A stretch of 64,000 bases of DNA from Lysobacteraceae bacterium (GTDB lineage: Bacteria; Pseudomonadota; Gammaproteobacteria; Xanthomonadales; Xanthomonadaceae), in NCBI GenBank assembly GCA_040079515.1, contig JBEBKD010000003.1, forward strand, positions 68,165 to 132,164, written 5' to 3'. The position numbers and the translations under genes are program-made. This document shows positions 38,076 through 47,419 of the stretch, piece by piece. Numbering within the stretch: position 1 is the stretch's first letter; each line of letters opens with the position of its first letter. The notes under the pieces were generated by a model that saw only the letters and a list, made by a program, of their open reading frames with translations, was not told where the DNA came from and ran no database searches.

Positions 38076-38152
38076 GCGCCTGTAGCTCAGCCGGATAGAG
38101 TAGCGGCTTCCGAAGCCGTTGGTCGGGGGTTCGAATCCCTCCAGGCGCGCCA
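38076..38152 (+). tRNA. tRNA-Arg(CCG)
   Basis: 77 nt cloverleaf GCGCCTG...CAGGCGCGCCA; D arm TAGCTCAGCCGGATAGAGT; anticodon loop TTCCGAA (CCG at 38110-38112); TTCGAAT T-loop; encoded CCA. Confidence 0.97.
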
Positions 38153-38240
38153 TTTCGACAGCGACAACCGCCCCCAACGGACCCGACGACCCCTGCATTT
38201 CGCAGGGGTTTCGCGTTTTGGCCTGTTTGATGTACCGCTC

Positions 38241-39338
38241 GACATCGTCGTCACCTATGAGATCGACCGTCTCAGCCGCTCGCTGTACGACTTCGCCGAG
38301 CTGGTGAAGGTCTTCGACCGGCACGGCGTCACCTTCGTGTCGGTCACCCAACAGTTCAACACCACCGATGCGATGGGCCGGATGCTGCTGATCATCCTGC
38401 TGACCTTCGCCCAATTCGAGCGCGAACTGACCTCCGAGCGCATCCGCGACAAGTTTGCGGCCAGCAAGAGGAAGGGGATGTGGATGCACGGCATCACCCC
38501 GCTGGGCTACGACCTCAAGGATCGGAGACTGGTGATCAACGAAGCCGAGGCCGAGCAGGTGCGGACGTTGTTCCGGCGATTCGTCGAGGTTGGTTCGCTG
38601 ATGAAGGTGGCGCAGGAGGCGCGAGCGCGTGGCTGGCGCAACAAGGACTGGACGACGAAGTCCGGACGGCAGCACATCGGCAAGCGCCACGATCGCAGTT
38701 CGCTGCACAAGATCCTGCACTGCCGGACCTACCTCGGCGAGTTGAAGAGCCGGGATCAGTATTTCGAGGGGACGCACGCGCCGATCATCGACCGCGCCCT
38801 CTGGGATGCGGCACATGCCCGTCTGGCGGTGTGCAGCCGCACCCGCGCCGCCGCGTCGCGCGAGGGCAAGGTGCCCTTCCTGCTCAAGTGCCTGCTCACC
38901 GGCCCCGACGGGCGCGCGCTGACGCCCTGGCACACGACCAAGGCCGGCGGGCGGACCTACCGCTACTACCTCAGTACCCGTGACACCCACGAGGGCCGGG
39001 GTGCGTCGGGCCTGCCACGACTACCGGCGGCCGAACTGGAGGCCGCCGTCGTCGGGCAACTTCGGCACCTGCTCCGGGCACCGGAGATGATTGAGGCGAT
39101 AGTCCCGCAGGCCACCGCGCTCGACCCGACCCTGGACGCAGCGCAGGTGATGGTGGCGATGACTCAGGTCGAGCGGGTGTGGGACGAGCTATTTCCGGCA
39201 GAGCAACAGCGCCTTGTCCGCCTGCTGATCGACAAGATCATCGTGACCCCGACCAATCTGGAGCTCCGGCTACACCCCCTTGGCATCGGTAGCCTCGCCG
39301 CCGAGTCTCGCCGGGTCGCCGAAGGGGCTGAAGCATGA
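38241..39338 (+). pseudogene. Large serine recombinase, N-terminally truncated (catalytic Ser region missing)
   Basis: Homology starts abruptly at DIVVTYEIDRLSRSL...FAQFERELTSERIRDK...GMWMHG..PLGYD; recombinase domain and YRYY zinc-ribbon region follow; no YxRxS motif or start codon upstream. Confidence 0.85.
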
Positions 39339-39746
39339 CTCGGCCGACCCTTTCCATATCCGGCACGGCCAGCAAGGTGATCGCAAGCAACGGGAGCGTC
39401 GTCCTGAACGTCCCGATCGCCCTGAAGCGACGCAGCGGCCGCCGGGTAGTCCTGCCCGTCGGGGGCTGAAGCCGCAACCGGCCGGACAATCGCAACCCCG
39501 CTCCAACTAGCCCTGGCCCGCGGCCACCGCTGGCTGCGCATGCTGGAGACCGGCGAGGCCGACTCCATGTGCGACATCGCCCGCCGCGAAGGCACCAACC
39601 ACAGTTACATCGCCCGGCACATCAACCTGACCCTGTTGTCGCCGGAAATTGTCGCGGCAATTTTGGACGAGACGTTGCCGGAGGGGGTACAGCTATTGAT
39701 GTTGGCTATCAATCCACCAACGTTGTGGGAAGAGCAGATACGATGA
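39335..39746 (+). pseudogene. Small HTH-like protein typically coupled to these serine recombinases, frameshifted
   Basis: ATGA overlap with the recombinase; VPIALKRRSGRR then a +1 shift at the G5 run (39461-39465) into TPLQLALARGHRWLRMLE...SYIARHINLTLLSPEIVAAILD...WEEQ. Confidence 0.7.
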
Positions 39747-40280
39747 GCGGCACCGTCTGAATCTCCGTCGAGTGGAATGCCCGCCGCCGAAGACCGTCTA
39801 TGACTAGGCGTTGATGAGAATCTGGGCCATTTGCAGCATCACCACTTGAAGAGACCGGATGTTCGCAGTCTTTGCTTGGAATGTGGAATCCGAAGCGGGA
39901 ATGCTTGTGTCGATTTCCCTATGCAAATCAGTCATCTGCACTTCCCATACCTAGGAGACTCTGAAGTCGAAGAGTCACTTCGGCAACCGGGCGACCCCTT
40001 GATGCGTGACTAACGTCGGAAGCCAGAACGAGCCTCCGTAGCAAGCAATCGCCGGAAATTGGAGTGGACAATGGGTCCAGGCAACAGCCGCCGATCCAGT
40101 CCACCCTTGAACGATGGATCGAAGGCGACGCCTCGATCGTTCGGGACGAGATTGTAGTAAGGTGCAATCGGGTGAAAGGATACGATGGCTGCGAGCACCT
40201 CCGGAAAGGATGATCCGCCCTTGACCGACTGGTCGACGCTCGTTGCCATCATCGCGACGACGAATTGATAGGGGGCGTTA

Positions 40281-41363
40281 ATGTCGAATCCGCTAATGCC
40301 GGGCGATCCGATGACGGAGGCGCACAAGCAGCAACTGCTGGAGGCCATCCTCCAGAAAATGTCACCACAGGGCGAAAAACCGATCGTAAGGTACGACGTG
40401 TCGATCGATCCGGACATCGAGACCGCGATCCGTCGACTCGCCGACACCGGGACATCTGCAGAGACCGTCTTGAAGGCGCTTTGCAAGAAGGCCAACGAGA
40501 TGGAGACGGCGCTCGATAAACTGAATGCATCCTCGCAGCGGATGCTGAAAGCGCAAGACGACAAGTTGCAGGAGACCCAGCGCCGTTTGGATGCCGCGAG
40601 CGCTGCGCTCGATGGCATTCTGCAGAAGTCGAGCGCGAAGGCCGCTGAACTATCGATGGTGGCGGCAGGCATACCGCAGAACACCCACATTGTCCTGGCC
40701 GAAACCGCCGATGCCACAAGGAAGATTGTTGCCAGCCCCGTAGCTCGAGCGGAGGATGCGTTCGACCGCACCGGGCACGGCTCCGGCGATGAGCGACCGC
40801 CCTCGATTCCCGAAACATGGACGTCCACATCCGGGAACAACAGTACCGCGCCGAGAGGATGGCGTTTTCTCAACCAACCCATCCATGCGAAACATGCGTT
40901 CCATGGTGTTCTGTTGATCGTCGCTTGCACTGCGCTGGCCGCGATCCTGATGCGGGAGTGGAATCAATCCGGTGCCGAAGAAACGGACAGGGCCGCGAAC
41001 GACGTCCCTGCGCTCGAATCGGAACAAAAGGTCGAGCTGCCCCCTGAATCGCTTGAAGATTGCGCGCAGATGTTCGCGGCCCGGGATCCGTCGTGCGAAC
41101 GCCTCGCCGATGATTTCGACAAGGCGTTCTCGATCGGCCGGCACTGCAACAACAGCGACGATGCGTCCGCTGCCTTCTGCAAGCTTGCGAAGAGCCTGCC
41201 TGAAGCAGACGGCAGCGCCAGAAACGGCGGTTACCACTACAGCGCGCTCTGTGCCGTCGTTGCGGGAAGTGTCGCGGAAAATTGCAAACAGGGAATTTAC
41301 CGGACCGAGAAGCGGATGCGGGAAGCTGGCACTGTGGGCGATGGAGGAAACGGCTCTAATTGA
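40281..41363 (+). CDS. Hypothetical membrane protein: N-terminal coiled coil, one TM helix, Cys-rich extracytoplasmic C-terminus (360 aa)
   Basis: Heptad-rich segment (ANEMETALDKLNASSQRMLKAQDDKLQETQRRLDAASAALD); TM HGVLLIVACTALAAILM; six Cys in the C-terminal domain; first gene of an overlapping-stop/start operon. Confidence 0.7.
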   Translation: MSNPLMPGDPMTEAHKQQLLEAILQKMSPQGEKPIVRYDVSIDPDIETAIRRLADTGTSAETVLKALCKKANEMETALDKLNASSQRMLKAQDDKLQETQRRLDAASAALDGILQKSSAKAAELSMVAAGIPQNTHIVLAETADATRKIVASPVARAEDAFDRTGHGSGDERPPSIPETWTSTSGNNSTAPRGWRFLNQPIHAKHAFHGVLLIVACTALAAILMREWNQSGAEETDRAANDVPALESEQKVELPPESLEDCAQMFAARDPSCERLADDFDKAFSIGRHCNNSDDASAAFCKLAKSLPEADGSARNGGYHYSALCAVVAGSVAENCKQGIYRTEKRMREAGTVGDGGNGSN

Positions 41364-42460
41364 GCGCGCCGGCGGAGGCGGCGTTTCCTTCCGGGGGGAT
41401 GAAAGTCTGCACCGCAACGACCCGACCGCGGCATCGCGGCGAGCATGCGGCGTGTGGCAATGGCGCAACAGGACGAATTGCGGAGGGCGGTGTGGGGGCG
41501 TTGTCCGATTGGTCGACAGCACAGGGCATGCGCGGCGTGCATGTCTGGTTCCGGGGGGCCGAGGGCACCTCGGATTTCTCTATCGATGAACCGCCCGAAC
41601 AGCGCGGCGATCCTCTGTTCTCGGACATCCCTTACTGGTACCAGACGCTGCGCGGCGACACCTGGCTGGGCGAGCGTTTGTTTCTGGTTGCGGACGCCCT
41701 GTCGCGGGAAGACACCCATCACGCGGTCTATCTCAAGGACGGACGTCGTTACCTGATCGCGTACCGGATCCATCCGGGGAGCAGAGGTCGGCATGCGGAT
41801 TGCCGCTTTCACGACCTCGATCCCTGGTTGCGGCACTCCGACGCGATGACCGGCCCGTGGCGGGATGCGCTGGCCTGGCTGTGGGCGCCGTTGGCGGGGC
41901 AGCATCTCGTCGAAACGGGCTCCGGGGCTTCTCTTGTCTATACCGGGTATTCGGCGCCGGACGTCGCCGCGACCTGGATGCGCATGCACTGCGAAGCGAA
42001 AGCAGGCGACCGGCTGTTTTTCTGCGTGGACAGCCCGGACGCGCTGCATGCGCTTGCGCAATCGGTCGCAGGCGCAGCGCAGGCGCGTATTGCGCAACAG
42101 GCGCGCTTATTCGCCGCGATCGACCGTGGCATTGCCGACTTCATACAGCAACGGAACCGCTCTGGCTGCATGGCGTGGGGCGATCTCATTCTCAACGCCG
42201 TGCTGCTGAAGAAGTCGGCGCCGGTGCTGGTGAAAAGCGAGCCGGAAAGCGCATCGGTCAACGAGCGGATGGCGGACATGGTCCTCGCCGCGCTGGGCCT
42301 GTCCGATCGCGAGATGTGGCTTGAATTGTCGAAGTGCGGCGCGCATGCCGCGCTGCTGCAGAACCTGGGGGGCAGTCTCAGCGAAGGCTTAGATAATTGG
42401 GAGCTGCTGGTGATGGTGTATTTCTATTGCGAATCGATGAAAGGAGACAGGGGATCATGA
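41360..42460 (+). CDS. Hypothetical cytoplasmic protein, possibly GTPase-associated (GAP1-N-like)
   Basis: Long open frame coupled to both neighbours (TTGA and ATGA overlaps); YLIAYRIHPGSRGRH...FH segment recalls GAP1-N-type domains (by eye only). Start uncertain (41360, 41399 or 41528). Confidence 0.6.
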   Translation: MSAPAEAAFPSGGMKVCTATTRPRHRGEHAACGNGATGRIAEGGVGALSDWSTAQGMRGVHVWFRGAEGTSDFSIDEPPEQRGDPLFSDIPYWYQTLRGDTWLGERLFLVADALSREDTHHAVYLKDGRRYLIAYRIHPGSRGRHADCRFHDLDPWLRHSDAMTGPWRDALAWLWAPLAGQHLVETGSGASLVYTGYSAPDVAATWMRMHCEAKAGDRLFFCVDSPDALHALAQSVAGAAQARIAQQARLFAAIDRGIADFIQQRNRSGCMAWGDLILNAVLLKKSAPVLVKSEPESASVNERMADMVLAALGLSDREMWLELSKCGAHAALLQNLGGSLSEGLDNWELLVMVYFYCESMKGDRGS

Positions 42461-45054
42461 GGGCGCAAGAAGTCGCACAGGAGTTGGGGATCGGAATGGA
42501 TGCGATCCGCAAATTTCTTGGAAATGATGACATCACGGAAGATACGGTTCTGGACAAGATTGCGATCCAAAATCTGAAGCGAGAGTATGCACAGAAGCAA
42601 CAGCAACCTGTAGATTCTCCTGCACCGCAGCCTGTGGACCGGGGTGCCCAATGGGTTGCGGGTATGGCTACGCCCTCTGGTTTGAATTGGAGTTATGGCA
42701 GCGCTCATTCAGGACAACACAACCCAGGCAGTGGAACTAGCACAAACGACGCCGGCACTGCAAGCCCCAACAATAGCAGCGAGCACAGCAACGCCGAGGT
42801 AGATAACGAGAGTGTCCCCAGTGGGCGTGATATCAAGCTTGGCGCGTCCCAGAGATTTCTGGAGCCATATCAGGATTTCAAGAAAAAAATCTGCAACGCG
42901 CCTCACGCGATCATCCTTGGCGCGAGCGCAGTCGGCAAGTCGTGCTGCCTGTCGATCGCGACCAAAGCGATGGGCGTCAGGGCAGCCGACCACGATCTGG
43001 AAGGAACGATTCGTGAGACCTATCGGATCATCAAACTGTCTCAGGCGGGTCAGGGTCCTGATGGCACGCAATGCGTGCTGGTGGATATCGCTGGCGAATC
43101 CTTCATGGCGTGGCTGGGAACACAGCCGGGCGGGGAGGATCCCGACAATTGGGATACGGTATTCGGCAGCGATTTCAAACCTAAAGAAATTACGGACAGA
43201 GAACAACATCTCGTCCAGTATCTCAATCATGCGTCCGCGCTGTATGTCTTGTTGCTCGCGCCAGAGGGAAAAGACGAAACTGCGGAAATGCGCGTCCGCG
43301 CTGCCGCGAACTTTCTGGCCGAAAGCCGCATCCGTGGTATACGCAATAAGCTGGTGACCTTCCTGGTAGTGAAAGCGGACAAGCTTTATGCGCTGCGGGA
43401 CGCTACCGCTTATAAGCACAACGGTGTCGATCTGCGTGGAGATCGGGGCAGAGGCCCGGATTTGACCGCGGTCGACATCGAGAATCTTCCCATTATGGAT
43501 CTCGATGCATGGTTCGTAAAAGCCATGTCGGATGATCGACTTGGCCTCAACGCACTTAGAGCGGTGGACGACCGTGAGGATGACGGCGAAGGTCAGGCAC
43601 CTCGCTATCCTCGGCATTGGAATTACGCCGTAGTACTGCACCCCCCAAGGGACTATCTGCTGCGTTCTTCTCATGCCCAGCTAATGCGGAACGACATAAG
43701 CGACACCAGCAGAGTACTCTGGAGACAATTATCTTCGCGCCTTACCAATCAAATCAGGAGCCCTGAATACAAACGCGAAGAAAAAAAATATTCCGATTTC
43801 ATCAAGAGCGCATTCAGTATTCAGGAAATGCATGGGCAGCATACTACTGAAGTTTCGTCTGAGCGGCGATTACGCATCACCGCGATCGCCACGCCCTTTA
43901 TCTTGATGGCAATAGCTTTTTTTGGGCTGTTGTCAAAAGGTGATTTCGGTCAGCGCTTTTATCAGTTGAACATCCCAGAGACGCCGATCCGAATCGCCGT
44001 ATCCGATGGCGACAAGCCCGCTCCCTATCTGCGCATGGACCTTAAGGACAAGATCCGCATGCTGGCCGATATGACGATGCTCTACGAAAAAAACCGCCCC
44101 AAACTGTACACGATCCGTCAATACTCCCAGTCTTCGAGTGATCCGATGGAGGTAACCGCTGCTCGAAAAGCAGGAGGAACGAACTTTGGATGCGGCCAGA
44201 TCGCGGCTGCCAACAGTCCCGCCGCAGTCAAGTTGAAGACAATGCTGGAAGGCATCAGTCAAGGAACACCCACTTTCCCGGAAGTGTCCGACGATCAGAC
44301 ATCGAAGGTCGGGAAACTGTCGGGACTGGAAGATTGCAGGGACGCCGTGCTGCGCCTGTGGCGTTTACGCATGGCGTTCGCGATCAATGCCGCAAACCTT
44401 GATGAGGTTGGCGTGGATGTTGTCGTCGCGCAGGTGAAAACGATCGGCGAGATGTACGAATCGATCCGACAGGCCGATCCGACCTTGCTTGGCCTCGTGA
44501 ATCTGGAGAACGACCGGGCGCGCGATCTGCCCTTGATCGACAGCATTCTGTCTTCAGCGACAAAAGCGGCGGATGGCAAAACACCTGCTGAAAGCTATAC
44601 GCGGATTCCCGTGGGTGCTTCGACTCTGGGCGACAGTGCCGACGACCCCTGTCGATCGTTCCTGGTCGATGGTGTGATTCACGACAGCGGCAACCATGCA
44701 TCTTCGCCGGCCTGTGCGATTTACATGCTTCGTGCGGGCTGGCTGGATAAGAACGGTGCGCCCGTGAAGAGTCTGGCCGATCTGTACCTGCAGCTGCCCT
44801 ATGAACAGCAACAAGCCTACTGCAATGAATCTCTGAAGAACTGCACATCGACGCTGGAGCGGTGGAATTTTGATCACGATTCTGCCAAGAAAAAAGGCTG
44901 GCTTGCCCTACTGGTTATTCTAGGGCCGATTATATCGATTGTTTTGTGGTTCTGGCGCAAGCGGCTCATGCGTTTTCTGGATCGATGGCCATCGCTGCTG
45001 CATCCTTTCCTGTGGCAGCTCCGCATGAGGCGCGGTGCCGATGGCCAGGCATAA
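42457..45054 (+). CDS. Membrane-anchored TRAFAC-class GTPase with IF2-N-like N-terminal HTH (865 aa)
   Basis: AAGGAG RBS and ATGA overlap; G1 GASAVGKS (42919-42942); G3 DIAGE (43084); G4-like VKAD (43369-43380); TM helices ITAIATPFILMAIAFFGLL and GWLALLVILGPIISIVLWFW flank a ~300 aa extracytoplasmic domain. Confidence 0.8.
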   Translation: MRAQEVAQELGIGMDAIRKFLGNDDITEDTVLDKIAIQNLKREYAQKQQQPVDSPAPQPVDRGAQWVAGMATPSGLNWSYGSAHSGQHNPGSGTSTNDAGTASPNNSSEHSNAEVDNESVPSGRDIKLGASQRFLEPYQDFKKKICNAPHAIILGASAVGKSCCLSIATKAMGVRAADHDLEGTIRETYRIIKLSQAGQGPDGTQCVLVDIAGESFMAWLGTQPGGEDPDNWDTVFGSDFKPKEITDREQHLVQYLNHASALYVLLLAPEGKDETAEMRVRAAANFLAESRIRGIRNKLVTFLVVKADKLYALRDATAYKHNGVDLRGDRGRGPDLTAVDIENLPIMDLDAWFVKAMSDDRLGLNALRAVDDREDDGEGQAPRYPRHWNYAVVLHPPRDYLLRSSHAQLMRNDISDTSRVLWRQLSSRLTNQIRSPEYKREEKKYSDFIKSAFSIQEMHGQHTTEVSSERRLRITAIATPFILMAIAFFGLLSKGDFGQRFYQLNIPETPIRIAVSDGDKPAPYLRMDLKDKIRMLADMTMLYEKNRPKLYTIRQYSQSSSDPMEVTAARKAGGTNFGCGQIAAANSPAAVKLKTMLEGISQGTPTFPEVSDDQTSKVGKLSGLEDCRDAVLRLWRLRMAFAINAANLDEVGVDVVVAQVKTIGEMYESIRQADPTLLGLVNLENDRARDLPLIDSILSSATKAADGKTPAESYTRIPVGASTLGDSADDPCRSFLVDGVIHDSGNHASSPACAIYMLRAGWLDKNGAPVKSLADLYLQLPYEQQQAYCNESLKNCTSTLERWNFDHDSAKKKGWLALLVILGPIISIVLWFWRKRLMRFLDRWPSLLHPFLWQLRMRRGADGQA

Positions 45055-47419
45055 GTCCGCTCCGCAGCCAAGCCTGTCCGCCAGGCTTACGACGGCGCAT
45101 CTTGTTCTGTGGTCGATCGCGCTGATCGTCACGCTTGTCGTTCTTTTGTCAGCACGGACGATGTACACGCGGATGGAGGCCGAAGCGGCAACCACCGCAA
45201 GCGCCAGCCGCGACGACGATCGCGACGGCAACAGCATCGTCCACGCATTTCTGGACATCCGCGAACGCGACGAAGACGCGCCCTTTGAAAGCCTGTCAAT
45301 CCCTAAAGCTGGCGAAAAGACCGTGCGCCTGTGTACACAAGGCACGCAACGCAACAAGAAGGGAGACTGCGGGATGGGGCGGAAGGAGATCCTGTTCGAC
45401 GGGAAACGCGTCGATCTGGTCTTCGCCGCGCCGACACCGGAACAGGGGCGTTTGTACCTGAGAAGCCAGACGGCTGCCGAAGCCGACGTTTACGACTATG
45501 CCATCCCCCCCTGCAATGACCTCAAAGACTGGTGCCCTTTGGGAGATGGGCGCGTCGAAGCCAGGATCGTCCACTATGCCTTCGCGCCCACCCGTCTGCT
45601 GTGGTGGGCATCGCTCAGCATGCTCGCATGTCTGCTGCTGGCATGGCGAGCCGACACACCGCAGCCCGGCGACCTGCTGCCATCGGGCCTCGGGGTTCCA
45701 GCGGCGTTGAGCATATTGCTCGGCGTTCGCTTCTTGATCGCGGTCAATGCCACCATCAGCGACCATACACTCGCCCCGTATGTCGTTTTGACGGGCCTGG
45801 AACTGCTCCTGCTGCCGAGCGCATGCTGGATATTGATGCGGCGTGCCGATGCGCGGAAGCCATGGTTGTTGCTGTTGCCGCATCTGTCCCTGGTGGCGCT
45901 CTGGTGGATCGTGTCGAGCGACGTCAAGATTTCGCAATACCATCCGAACCTCGTCTGGCATCTGTTCCGCATGAAATTGTCCGTATTGACGGACCGTGGT
46001 GTGCTCGCGGTTTTCAGCGACGCCTTCCTGTCGGAACTGTTCGCGACCCTGTGCATTTACATCTCGGCGGTGGTATTTCTGTGCTCGAAAAAGGTCCGCT
46101 CTTTTCTCGGGCAGGATCATCGACGGCACATCCGATGGTTCGTATTGCTCACGCCTTTTCTGCTGGCCTGCCTGTCCCTGTGGATGGTTGGTCAACAGAG
46201 CGAACCTCGGTTTCACTGGTTCGCGTTCGCCTCTTTGTTCGCCTTAGTATTTTTCTGTATCGCGCGCTCGTTTTTGTCGCTCAAGCATCAGGGGCGGCCT
46301 TTGTTCGACAGGGCGGACTGGGCCGGGTTCGGCTTTCTGTTTGCGATGCTTGTGGTCGCGGTGGGCGTGTCTGTCAGACTGCGTGGAATTGATGCAGGCG
46401 CACTGTTGCTGGCGACGTTTGCCGTGAGCATGGTCGTCCATCCGATCCTGTTTTCGGCAAACAGCAACAGCACGTTCGCGGGATCGAAGGCCGATCGTCT
46501 CCTGGGCGGTATTGCGAAGTTTGGATTCATCGTCGCGGCTCTGGTGATGATTGCGATGCCGATCCTCAAGCTTCTGTACCTGCGCGACTTCGAGCAAGCG
46601 CTAACAGCCCAACAAGCCTTGCCGGCCGCTGCTGAGATGGCGCAAAAGGATTCGTCGGCCGCCGCATGGATGAAGACCATGGATGCGCCGGATGTCATGG
46701 GCATCACCGCTCGGCTCAATCCATGTCGCGTGGTTCCGGGCATCGCTGGTCGTCGCGACGGCTCCGCCAGCGGCGCTGGCGGTCCCGAGGGCAGCGAACA
46801 GCGCTCATCGTTGAGTGCGGAGGATGTCGCCTGGCTAGACGACTGCTTCTTGAAGAACGCCTATTCCGTCGTCGATTCAAGCACCCGGGAATATGTGGAG
46901 GAGGGGCATTATTCCGCGAGACTTTACGCTTGGCTCGTCGGCCACCCTTACGATCGCATCTGGGGCTACGAAAGCCTCGGCAAGCTGCAGGGCTATCAAC
47001 AAGCGATCGCCAACAGCGTGCCTGCCGAAGGCCGGTGGTTCCGGGGTGACCTGGATTTGCCCACCGCACACGCTTTGGGCACAAGGGGCACGTTCGATGG
47101 TTTCAGTTACGAATGGCTGGTCGGTCTGCACTGGATCAGGCCCTTCGGTCTGCTCGGCGTCTGCATGATTCTGATCGCCCATGTTCTGCTGTATGTCTCC
47201 ATCGCGCCGTCGAACCTCCTGGCCAGACTCTACGTCGCCGTGATCGGCATCGCATCGATGTGGCTGCCGCTGCAGACTCAGGGCGCATTCGTAATGATCG
47301 GCCAATCGACTCCGCTGTTGACGTTCACCTCGTTCGTCGGAGACTTCGTCGTCGTTCTGTGTCCGCTGCTGATTCTGCTCTGCATCCCGCCTTTCGTTCT
47401 CGAGAAGGAGGAGCGATGA
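45041..47419 (+). CDS. Polytopic membrane protein with a divergent SEDS (FtsW/RodA/SpoVE)-like C-terminal half (~792 aa)
   Basis: More than 10 hydrophobic segments; IDAGALL (DxG), GYQQAIA, LPTAHA...TFDGF, FGLLGV and IGQSTPLLTFTS follow the order of the FtsW motifs DlG, gyQ, LPeahtDF, GlvG and tGxtLPfiSyG; directly upstream of a PBP. Confidence 0.65.
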   Translation: MARHKSAPQPSLSARLTTAHLVLWSIALIVTLVVLLSARTMYTRMEAEAATTASASRDDDRDGNSIVHAFLDIRERDEDAPFESLSIPKAGEKTVRLCTQGTQRNKKGDCGMGRKEILFDGKRVDLVFAAPTPEQGRLYLRSQTAAEADVYDYAIPPCNDLKDWCPLGDGRVEARIVHYAFAPTRLLWWASLSMLACLLLAWRADTPQPGDLLPSGLGVPAALSILLGVRFLIAVNATISDHTLAPYVVLTGLELLLLPSACWILMRRADARKPWLLLLPHLSLVALWWIVSSDVKISQYHPNLVWHLFRMKLSVLTDRGVLAVFSDAFLSELFATLCIYISAVVFLCSKKVRSFLGQDHRRHIRWFVLLTPFLLACLSLWMVGQQSEPRFHWFAFASLFALVFFCIARSFLSLKHQGRPLFDRADWAGFGFLFAMLVVAVGVSVRLRGIDAGALLLATFAVSMVVHPILFSANSNSTFAGSKADRLLGGIAKFGFIVAALVMIAMPILKLLYLRDFEQALTAQQALPAAAEMAQKDSSAAAWMKTMDAPDVMGITARLNPCRVVPGIAGRRDGSASGAGGPEGSEQRSSLSAEDVAWLDDCFLKNAYSVVDSSTREYVEEGHYSARLYAWLVGHPYDRIWGYESLGKLQGYQQAIANSVPAEGRWFRGDLDLPTAHALGTRGTFDGFSYEWLVGLHWIRPFGLLGVCMILIAHVLLYVSIAPSNLLARLYVAVIGIASMWLPLQTQGAFVMIGQSTPLLTFTSFVGDFVVVLCPLLILLCIPPFVLEKEER

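Noticed and set aside
39804-39935. 43-codon minus-strand ORF and the neighbouring 40010-40260 frame
   Set aside because: No recognisable motif or RBS; may be debris but cannot be supported.
47113-47415. ORF-track N-terminal extensions (PBP from 47113, GTPase from 42397, mbtN from 59558, FMO from 62538, paralogue 1 from 9840, paralogue 3 from 18724)
   Set aside because: They overlap upstream genes; downstream ATGs with an RBS and/or ATGA coupling give better starts.
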